Below the pieces are notes generated by a model. That model saw only the letters and a list, made by a program, of their open reading frames with translations, searched no databases and was not told where the DNA came from. From sequence record ON528727: a stretch of 64,000 bases of DNA; one strand, written 5' to 3'. Positions 29,681-40,703 of this stretch are shown one piece after another; position 1 is the first letter of the stretch; every line of letters starts with the position of its first letter. A program made the translations under genes and the position numbers. The DNA is from Shigella phage ESh17.

Positions 29681-29971
29681 ATGAAATCTTCTTTACGCTT
29701 TTTAGGTCAAGAACTTGTAGTTGAAGGCGTTATTCCTGCTGATAACGCTTTTAATGAAGCAGTTTATGATGAATTTATCAAAATTTTTGGAACAGATAAA
29801 AAGTTCGGAATTTTTCCTTCTGAAAATTTTTCAAAGCCAGAGCAGACTGAAAGCATTTTCCAAGGTGTAGTAACAGGTAAATTTGAGTCAGAAGCTCCGG
29901 TAAAAATTGAAGTTTATATTGAAGACAGTTTAGTTGCTTCAGTTGCTGCTTTTATTTCATTCCGTAAATAA
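29681..29971 (+). CDS. Hypothetical protein with own early promoter
   Basis: 96 aa ORF, SD GAGGA, convergent with gene 54. Confidence 0.55.
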   Translation: MKSSLRFLGQELVVEGVIPADNAFNEAVYDEFIKIFGTDKKFGIFPSENFSKPEQTESIFQGVVTGKFESEAPVKIEVYIEDSLVASVAAFISFRK

Positions 29972-29977
29972 AAATAT

Positions 29978-29995
29978 GGGGACCGAAAGGTCCCC
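29978..29995. terminator. Bidirectional terminator between convergent 96-aa ORF and gene 54
   Basis: GGGGACC-gaaa-GGTCCCC with A/T-rich flanks on both sides. Confidence 0.7.
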
Positions 29996-29999
29996 ATTG

Positions 30000-30965
30000 T
30001 TATATTGCTCCTAATATTTTACTTTGCGAATTGACAATTCCCGTCATAGTATTAATGTTTGAAATGCTTCCCGCAGTTCCTCCTAATCTACTAAGTCGTG
30101 AAAGCGAATTAGATAGTCCAGTAACACCTCCACTATTTCCGAGAACGCTTTGAATGCCATTTATAGCAGCAGATTCAAGCCACTCAAGCGCAGCTTGTCT
30201 ATCAACCGACCCAGCCTGCATGACTCTATACGCAAAAGTAACATCAAATGTAGTTATTTGGTTATCTCCATCATATGATAGCTCAGGAGCGCTCACTGAC
30301 ACTGGAATGCATCCGGTGAACATCACTGCAGTATGAGGTAATCCATTACGAGCATGAAGATTAACCTGAATATCTGCCTCAACATCTTGTGGCAAAGCAC
30401 GCAGTCCAGTTACTGGGTCTTGAACAGCGTTAACCCAGTCTTGCATTGCACGATAGTTACAAGCTTCTGAATCCATTCTAAATGAAATAACCAAAGGGTC
30501 TAATTCTCTCCCAGTTATACGAATATTAGGAGAGTTATAGTTCCAGTCAGTTTCATAGGATAATCTATTCTCTGGCATTTTTACAGAGTATATCATCAAT
30601 CCAGATGAATTATATGCCATATTAAAGAAGTCAATTAAATATGTACCAACTGTAAATGAACCCAATAAACTTTGAACTGTACGTTGACTCATGGCACCAA
30701 TAAGATATTTACTAACCCCTGATTTTCTTATCAGTTTTTGTGTGCCAGCAGTAATTAGCGTGGTAATTCCCTGATTAATATCGCCTTGAGTCAATCCTAA
30801 CCAATCTGAATTTAGACCCAAGTTATTATAAGAAAAGTTGCTAATTGAACTTATCAACGAAGAGCTTTTAGTTGATGGAGTTGTCGCAAAAACGCAGCTA
30901 AACATATTATTACGTTGAAAATCTGCGTTTATTGCTTGATTATTAAATTCCTCTAAAGAATACAT
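30000..30965 (-). CDS. 54: Baseplate tail-tube initiator gp54
   Basis: 321 aa, position and size as T4 gp54. Confidence 0.9.
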   Translation of the reverse strand: MYSLEEFNNQAINADFQRNNMFSCVFATTPSTKSSSLISSISNFSYNNLGLNSDWLGLTQGDINQGITTLITAGTQKLIRKSGVSKYLIGAMSQRTVQSLLGSFTVGTYLIDFFNMAYNSSGLMIYSVKMPENRLSYETDWNYNSPNIRITGRELDPLVISFRMDSEACNYRAMQDWVNAVQDPVTGLRALPQDVEADIQVNLHARNGLPHTAVMFTGCIPVSVSAPELSYDGDNQITTFDVTFAYRVMQAGSVDRQAALEWLESAAINGIQSVLGNSGGVTGLSNSLSRLSRLGGTAGSISNINTMTGIVNSQSKILGAI

Positions 30966-32059
30966 TAAAAAGTCCCCGCATATAAAGAAGCACGGTTTAA
31001 CGTGATAATTTCTCTCATAGTAATCTCAAGAGTAAATGTACTAGGGAGGTTTGGAGCAATAGCTAATCCGTTAAAGTTACCATTAGGCGTTTTATCAAAT
31101 CTGATGCTCTGTATTTGGCATGGACCAAATATTTCCGTTTTTCCATCAAACTTAGATGTTGCGCCAAAGTTTTTCACCATCCAAATTGTCGGGTTTGAAA
31201 CTACTAAAACGTTAGTTAAACTTGATGTCATTTTCTCAAATAGTGTTTTATTTTTAGCTGCGTCTTCCGGAGATAAAGGTTCAATTAACGTAGAACGATA
31301 CCAATCATCTAAATACCCCTTTATTTCAGCAGCATATTGAGATTTACCAGTTTCACCATAAGAAAAATAGTTAAAATATTGATAGATATTAATAATAGCC
31401 ATCAAATCTTCTGTTGAACGTGGAGTCAAATCCCATGTAAACACTTTAGTTCTATTCTCAGCACCACCATACATACTTCTGGCTGTCGTATAAATCTGTT
31501 CATTATTATCAGCCATTATACCTTGTGTTATACTTTCCAGTGCCCCAAACACTGCAGTTGAAGCAATATTACTTAACACACCAGTAGCAGTACCTCCGCC
31601 TCTGCTGATAAGACTTTCTTGAACATCATTAAATCTGTGTGATGATGTATCAACATCAGATTTAGATCTCGGTAAAAGAATGTTTGCGACAGGAGCTTTA
31701 CTTATTGTTCCTGAATTGTTATTTGATATTAATCCATTTGATAGTTTTGATACTGTACTACTAATAGTGTTTCTAGCTGTACTTAAAATACTCGAAGATG
31801 AAGAAGAGTAGTTAGATCTCATCGATCTAAGACTTCCAGAATCCCTAGATGACATATTGTATGCAGTAAATAATAATCCATTCTTATATAGATCTGTTAC
31901 CTGGAAGTCCCCTGTAGTGTCATTACCACTAGCACGCCCAGTTGGAAACTGGGCAGTGTATGTTTTAGTTGCTACTTCTGATTTAGTACTCTGTCCGGCT
32001 GAAATTTTCTCACCGGACTTTTTAATTAAATCAGCAGTTATTTCTTTAACAATTGCCAT
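30965..32059 (-). CDS. 48: Baseplate tail-tube cap gp48
   Basis: 364 aa MAIVKEITADLIKK... Confidence 0.9.
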   Translation of the reverse strand: MAIVKEITADLIKKSGEKISAGQSTKSEVATKTYTAQFPTGRASGNDTTGDFQVTDLYKNGLLFTAYNMSSRDSGSLRSMRSNYSSSSSSILSTARNTISSTVSKLSNGLISNNNSGTISKAPVANILLPRSKSDVDTSSHRFNDVQESLISRGGGTATGVLSNIASTAVFGALESITQGIMADNNEQIYTTARSMYGGAENRTKVFTWDLTPRSTEDLMAIINIYQYFNYFSYGETGKSQYAAEIKGYLDDWYRSTLIEPLSPEDAAKNKTLFEKMTSSLTNVLVVSNPTIWMVKNFGATSKFDGKTEIFGPCQIQSIRFDKTPNGNFNGLAIAPNLPSTFTLEITMREIITLNRASLYAGTF

Positions 32060-32067
32060 ATTATTCC

Positions 32068-33840
32068 TTAATTAACTCCAGTCGCATCAAATACACCAGG
32101 AGCAGTCGTGCTCGTTACGGGTGTCATATTATGAACGACAGTATTTTTCTTAATAACATTATTAGTATTATTGATTGAAGGAGATGCTTGTTGAACAGGA
32201 GCTTGCTGTGCTTTGTTCTTTTCTATTACCTGGACTTGTTTTGCTTCTGGCGATTTAGCAGAAGTTTCAGGTTTGGCATTAGGCTGATTTTTCTTGAGCT
32301 CTTGATAAGTAGCATCAATTTTAGAAAATCTAGCAGCAAGTTCTTTTTTAACTGCCGGTGAATTATTTAAATCCGGGTCATCCATTCGTTTTTTAAGGTC
32401 TTCATAAGCAGCTTCAACTGATTTAACCGTTGAGTCTTTACTCATATCAGCCGAATCAGCATATTTTTCAAAACGAATCATCGCGGCCCGAGCTTCATTA
32501 GCCTTCATTAAAGCATTTTTTCTTTCTTCAGGTGAAAGTTGCTTTAATTTTTCTTCTTCTGCTGCACGTTCTTCGTCGGTAGTTAGTGCTTCTTTATTAT
32601 CAACCCCACGAATCCAATTAGATGCACGAGTTTTCCAATTAGCAATTTTATCTAATCCTTTTGCTATCGGACCAAGGTCTCCGTTCATTCGTTTATCTTG
32701 ATAATTTGCAACTTTTTCCTGGTCTTCTTTATTGAGAGATGCTCCAGTAGAATTTTGGAAATTTTCTAATGCTCTTCCTTCTACTTCATCAGCAGTATCC
32801 TTCATACCAGGAATGACTCGAAGAATTGCTGCAGATAATTTAGCCATACCTAATTGAATAAGTTCACCTAAATTAAAAAGAACACTTCCGAGTCCTTCAA
32901 CAATAGCTGCTGTCAATCCACCCCAATCTCCCGCTTCCCAAAGTTGTTTAATTTTATCAATAGAATCAAAGATGCTCTGTAATAAAGGACCCCATGTTCC
33001 GGTTTCGCTAGAGAATTTAGTAAAGTTGCCACTATATAAATCCCAGGCTTTTGAAAATTTATCTGACCAGTATTTAAAATGAACCATCAACAGGTCTATT
33101 CCAACAACAACAGCCAATATCATTGCAGTCATTTTAGCAGCTTCAATAGCAGCACTGACGGTGTACTTAAATAGCATGCTTGATATTTTATCAGTAATTG
33201 AAATGGATTTTTTAAATCCAAAATCAACAGTCTTCGTTAATTTATCTAAAGCTTGAGATAATTTTAAGTTAAATGCTTCTTTTTTCTGTTTTTCTTCTGG
33301 CGATTCTTGTTTGGGTTCAACTGGCTGAGGGGTAGGGAAAAAATCAGCGTCAGGATCATTATTAACTGCTTCAGGGGCCGGTAATAAAGGACCCACAGAT
33401 TCAGCTGTATCATCCTCAACAACTTTAACAGGAATAGCATTTTCGACTACTGCTAAACTCGTTCCAGTCTGTTGAATTCCAGCTGTCTGAATTTTTTGTT
33501 CTAATAAACTCGTTAATTTATCTAATTTGCTTCCGAGTGATTCGCCTATTTCTTTATTGATATTATTGCCAATTTCAACAGTTTCGGCAATTAACTCAGA
33601 ACCTGCGGTAGTATCACTCACTGCGCTTTCTACGTTGTCAATTGCTCCAACTATTTCATTCGATTTTTCTTCGACAGTTTGAGCTATTAATTCAGAGGCA
33701 GCTTGAGCATCATCTAATTTTGTAGAAATGTTATTAAGACCAGATAAAGTATTAGAAGCGGATTTAGCCGCTTCCTGTGTTGGTTTATTATCTGAAATAA
33801 CTTTTCTACGCATCGTTTGCATTTCTTGTGGCTTTTTCAT
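32068..33840 (-). CDS. 29: Baseplate hub / tail length protein gp29
   Basis: 590 aa, size and order as T4. Confidence 0.9.
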   Translation of the reverse strand: MKKPQEMQTMRRKVISDNKPTQEAAKSASNTLSGLNNISTKLDDAQAASELIAQTVEEKSNEIVGAIDNVESAVSDTTAGSELIAETVEIGNNINKEIGESLGSKLDKLTSLLEQKIQTAGIQQTGTSLAVVENAIPVKVVEDDTAESVGPLLPAPEAVNNDPDADFFPTPQPVEPKQESPEEKQKKEAFNLKLSQALDKLTKTVDFGFKKSISITDKISSMLFKYTVSAAIEAAKMTAMILAVVVGIDLLMVHFKYWSDKFSKAWDLYSGNFTKFSSETGTWGPLLQSIFDSIDKIKQLWEAGDWGGLTAAIVEGLGSVLFNLGELIQLGMAKLSAAILRVIPGMKDTADEVEGRALENFQNSTGASLNKEDQEKVANYQDKRMNGDLGPIAKGLDKIANWKTRASNWIRGVDNKEALTTDEERAAEEEKLKQLSPEERKNALMKANEARAAMIRFEKYADSADMSKDSTVKSVEAAYEDLKKRMDDPDLNNSPAVKKELAARFSKIDATYQELKKNQPNAKPETSAKSPEAKQVQVIEKNKAQQAPVQQASPSINNTNNVIKKNTVVHNMTPVTSTTAPGVFDATGVN

Positions 33841-34370
33841 TCAAATAATCCAATAATATTGCCAATTCCGGTTATTGGACCATTAGGGCCAGGAATTGCT
33901 AAAGTTGTAGAAATATCATTTGCCCATTTTAAAACAAATGCTGGCATCTCAAGAAAATTAATTTCTTTAACTTCATCATTGATCTTAAGCAAGCATTTGG
34001 ATAACATATCGCTTACAGTTAAAAATTGTTCAAATTTTCCAGGAGGTCTAAAATAAAATGTATTTCCTTGGTATTGAAATTCCAATCTTTGGCATACATA
34101 AACGTCATTAATATCATAAGTATAACCATCTATTTCTTTACGAGATTTAATCTTTCCATTAAATTCTAGCAAATGAATAGAAACGAAATCAACTTCTGCC
34201 GGTGATAAATTTGGACAAATAGAATCAATAAGAAGCTTTAAATTTTCATCAGGACCTTTAACATCTTTTAAAATGTTATAATGTTTAAGACCCATCTTAG
34301 GAATAGAAACTTCTTTATTACTTATCGGAAGAACTACTTTCTTCAGTGGTAGTATCAGTTTTAAATTCAT
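33837..34370 (-). CDS. 28: Baseplate hub distal subunit gp28
   Basis: 177 aa from internal ATG ([11 protein letters not shown]); track ORF extends 14 codons further into gene 27. Confidence 0.8.
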   Translation of the reverse strand: MNLKLILPLKKVVLPISNKEVSIPKMGLKHYNILKDVKGPDENLKLLIDSICPNLSPAEVDFVSIHLLEFNGKIKSRKEIDGYTYDINDVYVCQRLEFQYQGNTFYFRPPGKFEQFLTVSDMLSKCLLKINDEVKEINFLEMPAFVLKWANDISTTLAIPGPNGPITGIGNIIGLFE

Positions 34371-35490
34371 TTTTAACCTTAACTGGGTCGATTGTTTCCA
34401 GTTTCGTTGCATTAGTGAACATGTAAAGATGAGTTACGGAATTATTATTTGATAATTCGTGAATAACTTCATCAACGTAAAATTCTGTTTTAAATTGGTT
34501 TTTACTATCATTAAAAATAATTTTAACGCCAGGAGTCAAGTTAAAATTACCGACAGTAGAACATTTAGCATAGCCATCATATTGCGCCATAGTCTGAAGA
34601 CGAATAGCTTCTTCATATCCATTTCTATAAGTCATTTCAGAATAAGCACCTGACCTTGACACTACAATAGAGTTTTCACCCTTTCCTGTAGTAATCATTG
34701 GCAGTGAAGAATCTAAAAACGAATGAGCATAGATAGTAGCATTTTTCATTGGATCACGTTTATGCGGGTTTGATTTAGTCAACCAAACAAAATCATATGC
34801 TAATGGATATTTCAATTCTTGGACGAATTGACCTATTAAAGTTGGCTCACCTACAATCATTGGATATGGTTCTTGATTTATCATCATATCATAGTCCATC
34901 ATGTTAACTCCCATGATGTCTTGCCACACAAATACAAATTTGTCACTTCCTACAGCTAGAGCAACTTCTCTTACATAGGACAAATAATTTTCAAATGTAC
35001 TAGTCCATGGAATATCAGGAACATAAGCATTTATAGCATTTATTGCTGGAGTTAATAATGTGCGGTCTTGATAAATGACACCAAGCATTTCTTTTATAGA
35101 TTCACCTGCATCAGGGAAAAATGGTCTACCAAATTTAAGATTTTCTATAGAATGAATAGTTCCCAATTCAATAGCAATGATGTTATCGCCTTTTGAATCT
35201 ACTGACACGGAAAAATGCTTGCATCCATAAATTCGTGTTTTAACATTATTAATATCGTTTGCATTAGCTACAGAAATTTGAATTATTTCATTTCCATCCA
35301 TTTTTGTGTGGATATTTTTAGAATCATAAAACTGCAGCATTCCTTCATTTCGTCCATAAAGAGAATCCCGCATAGTTAATGTGGTAATAGTAGCAGCTAA
35401 TTCAACAAATCTATTATTACTCCAAGCGTCGTAGCTATCAAATAATTTAACGCTGAGATTTGGATATCCGGGGCGTTGCAACATACTCAT
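34318..35490 (-). CDS. 27: Baseplate hub subunit gp27
   Basis: 390 aa, order 51-27-28-29. Confidence 0.9.
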   Translation of the reverse strand: MSMLQRPGYPNLSVKLFDSYDAWSNNRFVELAATITTLTMRDSLYGRNEGMLQFYDSKNIHTKMDGNEIIQISVANANDINNVKTRIYGCKHFSVSVDSKGDNIIAIELGTIHSIENLKFGRPFFPDAGESIKEMLGVIYQDRTLLTPAINAINAYVPDIPWTSTFENYLSYVREVALAVGSDKFVFVWQDIMGVNMMDYDMMINQEPYPMIVGEPTLIGQFVQELKYPLAYDFVWLTKSNPHKRDPMKNATIYAHSFLDSSLPMITTGKGENSIVVSRSGAYSEMTYRNGYEEAIRLQTMAQYDGYAKCSTVGNFNLTPGVKIIFNDSKNQFKTEFYVDEVIHELSNNNSVTHLYMFTNATKLETIDPVKVKNEFKTDTTTEESSSSDK

Positions 35491-36239
35491 TATTGTTTAT
35501 CCTTCTCAATCAGTTTTAATACGAATCCGCGCTCGGCAGGAATCATTTTCATTATTGAATTTAAGCTATAATTACTTTTTACGAGTGTGTGATTAATTTG
35601 ATAAAAAGTAAATATCTCATCTGGGTTAACTAATAGCTTAAACACGTCTACTATATCAGTGTATTTTTTAATGTACTTATTACAGCATGACATATGTAGA
35701 GTTAAATTAATAGGATTCATTGCATCGAGAATTTTTTCTAATGTTTCTATCTCGATGGCGTCAACTAGTTCTATTTGACTGGACTCGCTAATTTCCTTCC
35801 AATCATACCATATTTCATCTACTTGAACAGAATGAATATTTTCAGTAATCATCTTTGCTTTATTTTCATAAAACTCAGAAGGAAACTTTAATTTAATTTT
35901 AACATTAGCTACATCAAAAACAGGTTCCTTTAATTCTTTTTGATATATTTCAAATGGAACTGTCTTTTCTTTTTTACATTTTGGACATACAAATGTGACC
36001 GGTACTTTAGTTTTACCTATTGACCCTACAAATACCTGCAAAAATATAAATGGTTGCCAAGTCTTCGGATAGTCTCCAAAATAATCGGCAATTAAATCAG
36101 CAATTATTTCTTTTTGTTCTTGTGGTGACCGATGTTCTATATCGTTTCGAACTAACAAAAAATCTCGATAATCTTCTACCGTAAATGGTTTAAAACGATG
36201 AACACCATCTGGTAATTTACAACGAATAATGTTTGCCAT
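35490..36239 (-). CDS. 51: Baseplate hub assembly protein gp51
   Basis: 249 aa MANIIRCKL..., Cys cluster. Confidence 0.88.
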   Translation of the reverse strand: MANIIRCKLPDGVHRFKPFTVEDYRDFLLVRNDIEHRSPQEQKEIIADLIADYFGDYPKTWQPFIFLQVFVGSIGKTKVPVTFVCPKCKKEKTVPFEIYQKELKEPVFDVANVKIKLKFPSEFYENKAKMITENIHSVQVDEIWYDWKEISESSQIELVDAIEIETLEKILDAMNPINLTLHMSCCNKYIKKYTDIVDVFKLLVNPDEIFTFYQINHTLVKSNYSLNSIMKMIPAERGFVLKLIEKDKQ

Positions 36240-36256
36240 AGATGCTCCTTTTATTC

Positions 36257-36268
36257 TATTTATAAATA
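36257..36268. promoter_or_regulatory. Bidirectional late promoter TATTTATAAATA between divergent genes 51 and 26
   Basis: Overlapping TATAAATA on both strands, 18-22 bp from each start codon. Confidence 0.65.
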
Positions 36269-36289
36269 TGATAAATAAAGGAGCTAAAT

Positions 36290-36916
36290 ATGTATGAATA
36301 CAAATTTGATGTGAGAGTTGGTTCTAAAATAATCAATTGTCGCGCATTCACGCTTAAAGAATATCTAGAACTTATTACTGCCAAAAATAATGGTTCCGTA
36401 GAAGTAATTGTTAAAAAGCTAATCAAAGACTGCACAAATGCAAAAGATTTAAACCGCCAAGAATCAGAACTATTGTTGATTCATTTATGGGCACATTCTC
36501 TTGGTGAAGTTAATCACGAAAACTCCTGGAAGTGCACCTGTGGAACTGAAATACCAACCCATATAAATCTATTACATACACAAATAGATGCACCAGAAGA
36601 CCTCTGGTATACACTGGGTGACATTAAAATTAAGTTCCATTACCCTAAAATTTTTGATGATAAAAATATAGCCCACATGATAGTATCATGTATAGAAACG
36701 ATTCACGCTAACGGGGAAAGCATTCCAGTTGAAGACTTAAATGAAAAAGAACTGGAAGATTTATATTCTATCATCACAGAGTCAGATATTGTAGCTATAA
36801 AAGATATGCTTTTAAAACCTACTGTTTATTTGGCTGTTCCAATTAAGTGTCCAGAGTGTGGAAAAACCCATGCTCATGTAATAAGAGGACTCAAAGAATT
36901 CTTTGAGCTATTGTAA
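36290..36916 (+). CDS. 26: Baseplate hub subunit gp26
   Basis: 208 aa [11 protein letters not shown]..., divergent from 51. Confidence 0.88.
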   Translation: MYEYKFDVRVGSKIINCRAFTLKEYLELITAKNNGSVEVIVKKLIKDCTNAKDLNRQESELLLIHLWAHSLGEVNHENSWKCTCGTEIPTHINLLHTQIDAPEDLWYTLGDIKIKFHYPKIFDDKNIAHMIVSCIETIHANGESIPVEDLNEKELEDLYSIITESDIVAIKDMLLKPTVYLAVPIKCPECGKTHAHVIRGLKEFFELL

Positions 36917-37314
36917 TGGCAAATATTAATAAGCTTTATTCTGACATTGACCCAGAAATGAAAATGGATTGGGACAAAGACGTTTCTAGATCCCTTGGAT
37001 TAAGGTCAATTAAAAATAGCCTTTTGGGAATTATTACAACCAGAAAAGGGTCAAGGCCATTTGACCCAGAATTTGGATGCGATTTATCTGACCAACTTTT
37101 TGAGAATATGACTCCTCTTACTGCTGACACGGTTGAGCGTAATATCGAAAGCGCGGTAAGAAACTATGAGCCACGTATTGATAAATTATCAGTTAATGTG
37201 ATACCGGTTTATGATGATTATACTCTGATAGTAGAAATACGCTTTTCGGTCATCGATAATCCTGATGATATTGAGCAGATAAAACTGCAACTGGCTTCCA
37301 GTAATAGAGTATAA
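36916..37314 (+). CDS. 25: Baseplate wedge subunit gp25
   Basis: 132 aa [22 protein letters not shown]... Confidence 0.93.
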   Translation: MANINKLYSDIDPEMKMDWDKDVSRSLGLRSIKNSLLGIITTRKGSRPFDPEFGCDLSDQLFENMTPLTADTVERNIESAVRNYEPRIDKLSVNVIPVYDDYTLIVEIRFSVIDNPDDIEQIKLQLASSNRV

Positions 37315-37340
37315 TGCTTCACGTATAAACGTGGTATAAT
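37315..37340 (+). promoter_or_regulatory. Middle promoter (MotA box TGCTTCA plus -10 TATAAT) for uvsY
   Basis: TGCTTCA immediately after gene 25 stop, 13 nt, TATAAT. Confidence 0.6.
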
Positions 37341-37380
37341 GAATCTAAGTCCATCCAATAACAATTGAATAGAGAACAAT

Positions 37381-37794
37381 ATGAAATTAGAAGATCTTCA
37401 AGAAGAATTGAAGAAAGATGTGTTTATAGATTCGACTAAATTACAGTATGAAGCAGCTAATAATGTGATGTTATATAGTAAATGGCTTAATAAGCATTCA
37501 AGTATTAAAAAGGAAATGCTTAGAATTGACGCGCAAAAGAAAGTTGCTCTTAAAGCTAAATTAGACTACTACTCGGGACGAGGAGATGGTGATGAATTTA
37601 GTATGGATCGTTACGAGAAATCAGAAATGAAGACAGTTCTATCAGCTGATAAGGATGTTTTAAAGGTTGATACCTCGCTGCAGTATTGGGGGATTTTATT
37701 AGATTTCTGTAGTGGAGCTCTTGATGCTATCAAATCACGCGGATTTGCTATTAAGCATATTCAAGACATGCGGGCATTTGAGGCTGGAAAATAA
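37381..37794 (+). CDS. uvsY: Recombination mediator UvsY
   Basis: 137 aa MKLEDLQEELKKDVFIDSTKLQYEAANNV... Confidence 0.95.
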   Translation: MKLEDLQEELKKDVFIDSTKLQYEAANNVMLYSKWLNKHSSIKKEMLRIDAQKKVALKAKLDYYSGRGDGDEFSMDRYEKSEMKTVLSADKDVLKVDTSLQYWGILLDFCSGALDAIKSRGFAIKHIQDMRAFEAGK

Positions 37795-38018
37795 TGAGAT
37801 ATAGCATTGATGATGCTTTTAATTATGAAGAAGAATTTGAAACTGAGATTCAATTCTTAATGAAAAAGCATAATCTTAAGCGTCAGGATATTCGTATCCT
37901 GGCCGACCACCCGTGTGGTGAAGATGTCCTTTATATTAAAGGAAAATTTGCCGGATATCTTGATGAATATTTTTATTCTAAAGATATGGGCATTGATATG
38001 CATATGAGAGTTATATAA
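37794..38018 (+). CDS. Hypothetical protein (uvsY.-1 position)
   Basis: 74 aa ORF, ATGA overlap with uvsY. Confidence 0.6.
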   Translation: MRYSIDDAFNYEEEFETEIQFLMKKHNLKRQDIRILADHPCGEDVLYIKGKFAGYLDEYFYSKDMGIDMHMRVI

Positions 38019-38046
38019 ATAGATATATAATTTAGAGGAGACAATC

Positions 38047-38214
38047 ATGTCAGATAAGATTTGCGTTGTCTGTAAAACTCCAATCGATTCTGCATTGGTT
38101 GTTGAAACAGACAAAGGTCCTGCACATCCTGGGCCTTGTTATAATTACATTAAAGAACTACCAGTTTCAGAAAGTTCGGAAGAACAATTAAATGAAACGC
38201 AACTTTTGCTATAG
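38047..38214 (+). CDS. Small Cys-rich hypothetical protein (uvsY.-2 position)
   Basis: 55 aa ORF (below track cutoff) MSDKICVVCKTPIDS...PGPCYNY; SD GAGGAG and TATAAATA upstream. Confidence 0.45.
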   Translation: MSDKICVVCKTPIDSALVVETDKGPAHPGPCYNYIKELPVSESSEEQLNETQLLL

Positions 38215-38237
38215 TGTGACCTTTAGTCTATAGTTTT

Positions 38238-38266
38238 GGCCCTTCCTTTTTGGTTGGGCCTTTTTT
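38238..38266 (+). terminator. Terminator after uvsY operon
   Basis: GGCCC...GGGCC stem followed by TTTTTT. Confidence 0.5.
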
Positions 38267-38269
38267 AAT

Positions 38270-38500
38270 TTAAAAGCTTTCTTCTACTTCATCGTCTGAA
38301 TCTTCTAATTCAGCTCTTTTTCCTGCCAAAGCATCTCTGACTGAGATGTCATCAGTATCTTTTAATTCAGTTTCTTTAACTCTTTTCTTATAATAAGCTT
38401 CAAGTTCTTCTAAACCTTCTAATGTTTGACAAGAGGCAATTTTACCCATAAATTCATCAATAGAAGCTTCATAAAGAAATTGTTTAAATTCTAGTAACAT
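38270..38500 (-). CDS. uvsW.1: UvsW.1 small protein
   Basis: 76 aa from first ATG (track starts at TTG 38512). Confidence 0.7.
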   Translation of the reverse strand: MLLEFKQFLYEASIDEFMGKIASCQTLEGLEELEAYYKKRVKETELKDTDDISVRDALAGKRAELEDSDDEVEESF

Positions 38501-38525
38501 CTTTTTCTCCAAAGGGCCGAAGCCC

Positions 38526-40034
38526 TTATAAATTAACTGTTTTCATTACGTAATTAAATTTTTCATCTGCGTAGCGCTGAATACGATCAATGCCGTGTTT
38601 TAAAAGATAGTTTAAATGAACATATTTCTTTTTCGTATTAGCAGATTTTGGCTTAACACCACAATCATCTATGAGGTCCCAGACTGTTGCTATTGTCTTA
38701 GAACCATGCTTACGTAATACACGACCGATTGTTTGTAATACAATGATTTTTGATTTAACACCATGCGCTAAAACAACGTGATGCAGATTTTTAACTGAAA
38801 TACCAGTAGAAAATACACCATAACTAGCTACTATAATTATTCCTTTACCATTTTCAGCTAAGGTTTTCATTATATTGCGGGTTTCGGTATCAACTTCCCC
38901 TGATACGTAATAAACTTTATCGTACTCATTTTTAATTAAATCGAAAATAGCTTTACCATGTGATACATGTTTAAACATGACAAAAGCGTTTTCATCTTTT
39001 TGCGCAAGCTTAATAGCTAATTTAGCGATCCATTTATTTCTTTTACTAAGCCCCGTAATAATTTTTATTTCTTCTTGATAAGTTTTTCCCTTTAATTTAG
39101 TAGTGAACTCATCGGGATAGCGAAGAAAAATACTATTAATTTTTAGCTCAGTTACTTGTCCATCTTCCATTAACTTAGAAGTCGTTACTGGCTTAAATAT
39201 TTCACCAAACATTCCAACATACTGCATGATATTGGCTTTGCCATCACGTAATGAACCAGATAGACCAAATTTGAACATGCAGTTATTTAAACCTGATATG
39301 ATGGATGAAATACTTTTTCCTGTAGCAAGATGACATTCATCATTCATCATCATTCCAAACTGTGAGAACCATTCTTTCGGTTGTTTTACTACAGTTTGCC
39401 ATGTACCAACAACGACTGGTGCATCATTTTTATATTTATCATCTTTTGATGCTCCGCCACCAATTTTCTTTATCATTGCATGACTGAATAAACGATAGTC
39501 AACGAAGTCATCAGCCATCTGAGTTGTCAGAGCAGTTGTTGGAACAATGATAAGAATTTTGCCTTCATAATTTTCCAAATAATATCGCGCAAGCAAAGCT
39601 TGAATTAAAGATTTACCAGCGGATGTTGGAAGATTAAGAATTCTACGACGATTAACTAATCCTTCGAACACTGCATCTTTTTGATACCAGTGTGGTTCAA
39701 TTCTTTTATTTCCTGAATAGATTTCTAATTTAGAAAGCCATTCATCAAAATCTTTTCTTGATAATTCTTCTTTTTCGTTAATTTGTGGGTCAATCCAGGC
39801 TTTATAGCCAAAGTTATCACAGAACTTTTTAATTTGCCCGACTAAGCCGAATGGAAGAAGACGATTATAATCTAAAAGACGGATTCGTCCATCCCAGTTG
39901 CCATATCTGAAGCGAGGATTAAACCTATATCCATCGGCCTCAAACGAAAAGAAATCTCTTAATTCGTGGAACGTGCTCTCTTCACAATCGATGCGTACAT
40001 GGCTGAAGTCGTGAAAATGTACTTTAATATCCAT
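38526..40034 (-). CDS. uvsW: UvsW DNA/RNA helicase
   Basis: 502 aa, SF2 helicase motifs (PTSAGKS, DECH). Confidence 0.93.
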   Translation of the reverse strand: MDIKVHFHDFSHVRIDCEESTFHELRDFFSFEADGYRFNPRFRYGNWDGRIRLLDYNRLLPFGLVGQIKKFCDNFGYKAWIDPQINEKEELSRKDFDEWLSKLEIYSGNKRIEPHWYQKDAVFEGLVNRRRILNLPTSAGKSLIQALLARYYLENYEGKILIIVPTTALTTQMADDFVDYRLFSHAMIKKIGGGASKDDKYKNDAPVVVGTWQTVVKQPKEWFSQFGMMMNDECHLATGKSISSIISGLNNCMFKFGLSGSLRDGKANIMQYVGMFGEIFKPVTTSKLMEDGQVTELKINSIFLRYPDEFTTKLKGKTYQEEIKIITGLSKRNKWIAKLAIKLAQKDENAFVMFKHVSHGKAIFDLIKNEYDKVYYVSGEVDTETRNIMKTLAENGKGIIIVASYGVFSTGISVKNLHHVVLAHGVKSKIIVLQTIGRVLRKHGSKTIATVWDLIDDCGVKPKSANTKKKYVHLNYLLKHGIDRIQRYADEKFNYVMKTVNL

Positions 40035-40036
40035 AA

Positions 40037-40654
40037 TTATGCCTTACTAAATTTGCCTTTAGAATCTCTTTTCATGAGACGACCTTTAATAAATCCGTCG
40101 GGAATAATACCGTCTGGTTGTATTAATTTATTTATTGCACCATTATTGACCCAAAAAGTTCCTGTGGTAGTTGGTTTGACTTTACATCCTTTTCTGGACT
40201 TTCTATTAGGATGAACCATCCCTTTTACAAATCCTTCTGGAACAAGTTCTCCAGGTTTAATAAAAATATTTTTAGTTCCATTAGTGTAACAAGTTGTACC
40301 TAATACCGTGCCCGGTGAGTTTTCAAATCTCTTAGCGGAAGATTCTTTCATCTTTGCTATAACCTCTGTAGTCATAACAATTCCACCAATTCCACCAGGT
40401 TTCATATTATAATAATTTTTGCTTTTTATTATTTCAGGAGTTATAATTTCTTCTTCATACATGTACGCTTCTTCGGAAGTTTTAAACTCTTTTAGTATTG
40501 TTCTAGAGAAATTGTTTTCACCATATTTCTTTATAGCCTGCTGAATTGCCTTACCGGAACCAAGGTAACCATCATTCAAGTCATCAGTAGAGTGTTTTCC
40601 TATATACTTTTTACCATTTATTAGATTTGTTGTTTCATATACAAAGTGGTACAT
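40037..40654 (-). CDS. segE: GIY-YIG homing endonuclease, SegE-like
   Basis: 205 aa MYHFVYETTNLINGKKYIGKHS (GIY-YIG motif); sits between uvsW and inh/hoc where T4 segE lies. Confidence 0.82.
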   Translation of the reverse strand: MYHFVYETTNLINGKKYIGKHSTDDLNDGYLGSGKAIQQAIKKYGENNFSRTILKEFKTSEEAYMYEEEIITPEIIKSKNYYNMKPGGIGGIVMTTEVIAKMKESSAKRFENSPGTVLGTTCYTNGTKNIFIKPGELVPEGFVKGMVHPNRKSRKGCKVKPTTTGTFWVNNGAINKLIQPDGIIPDGFIKGRLMKRDSKGKFSKA

Positions 40655-40682
40655 ACTATTTTCCGAGTAATAAATATATCTA

Positions 40683-40690
40683 TATTTATA
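40683..40690 (-). promoter_or_regulatory. Late promoter TATAAATA for segE
   Basis: TATTTATA on plus strand 29 bp upstream of segE start. Confidence 0.5.
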
Positions 40691-40703
40691 CTGAGGAAAT
40701 ATT

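Larger units (their letters stand above)
40035..40703 (-). mobile_element. segE: Freestanding homing endonuclease cassette (segE)
   Basis: GIY-YIG ORF with its own late promoter, between conserved genes. Confidence 0.6.
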
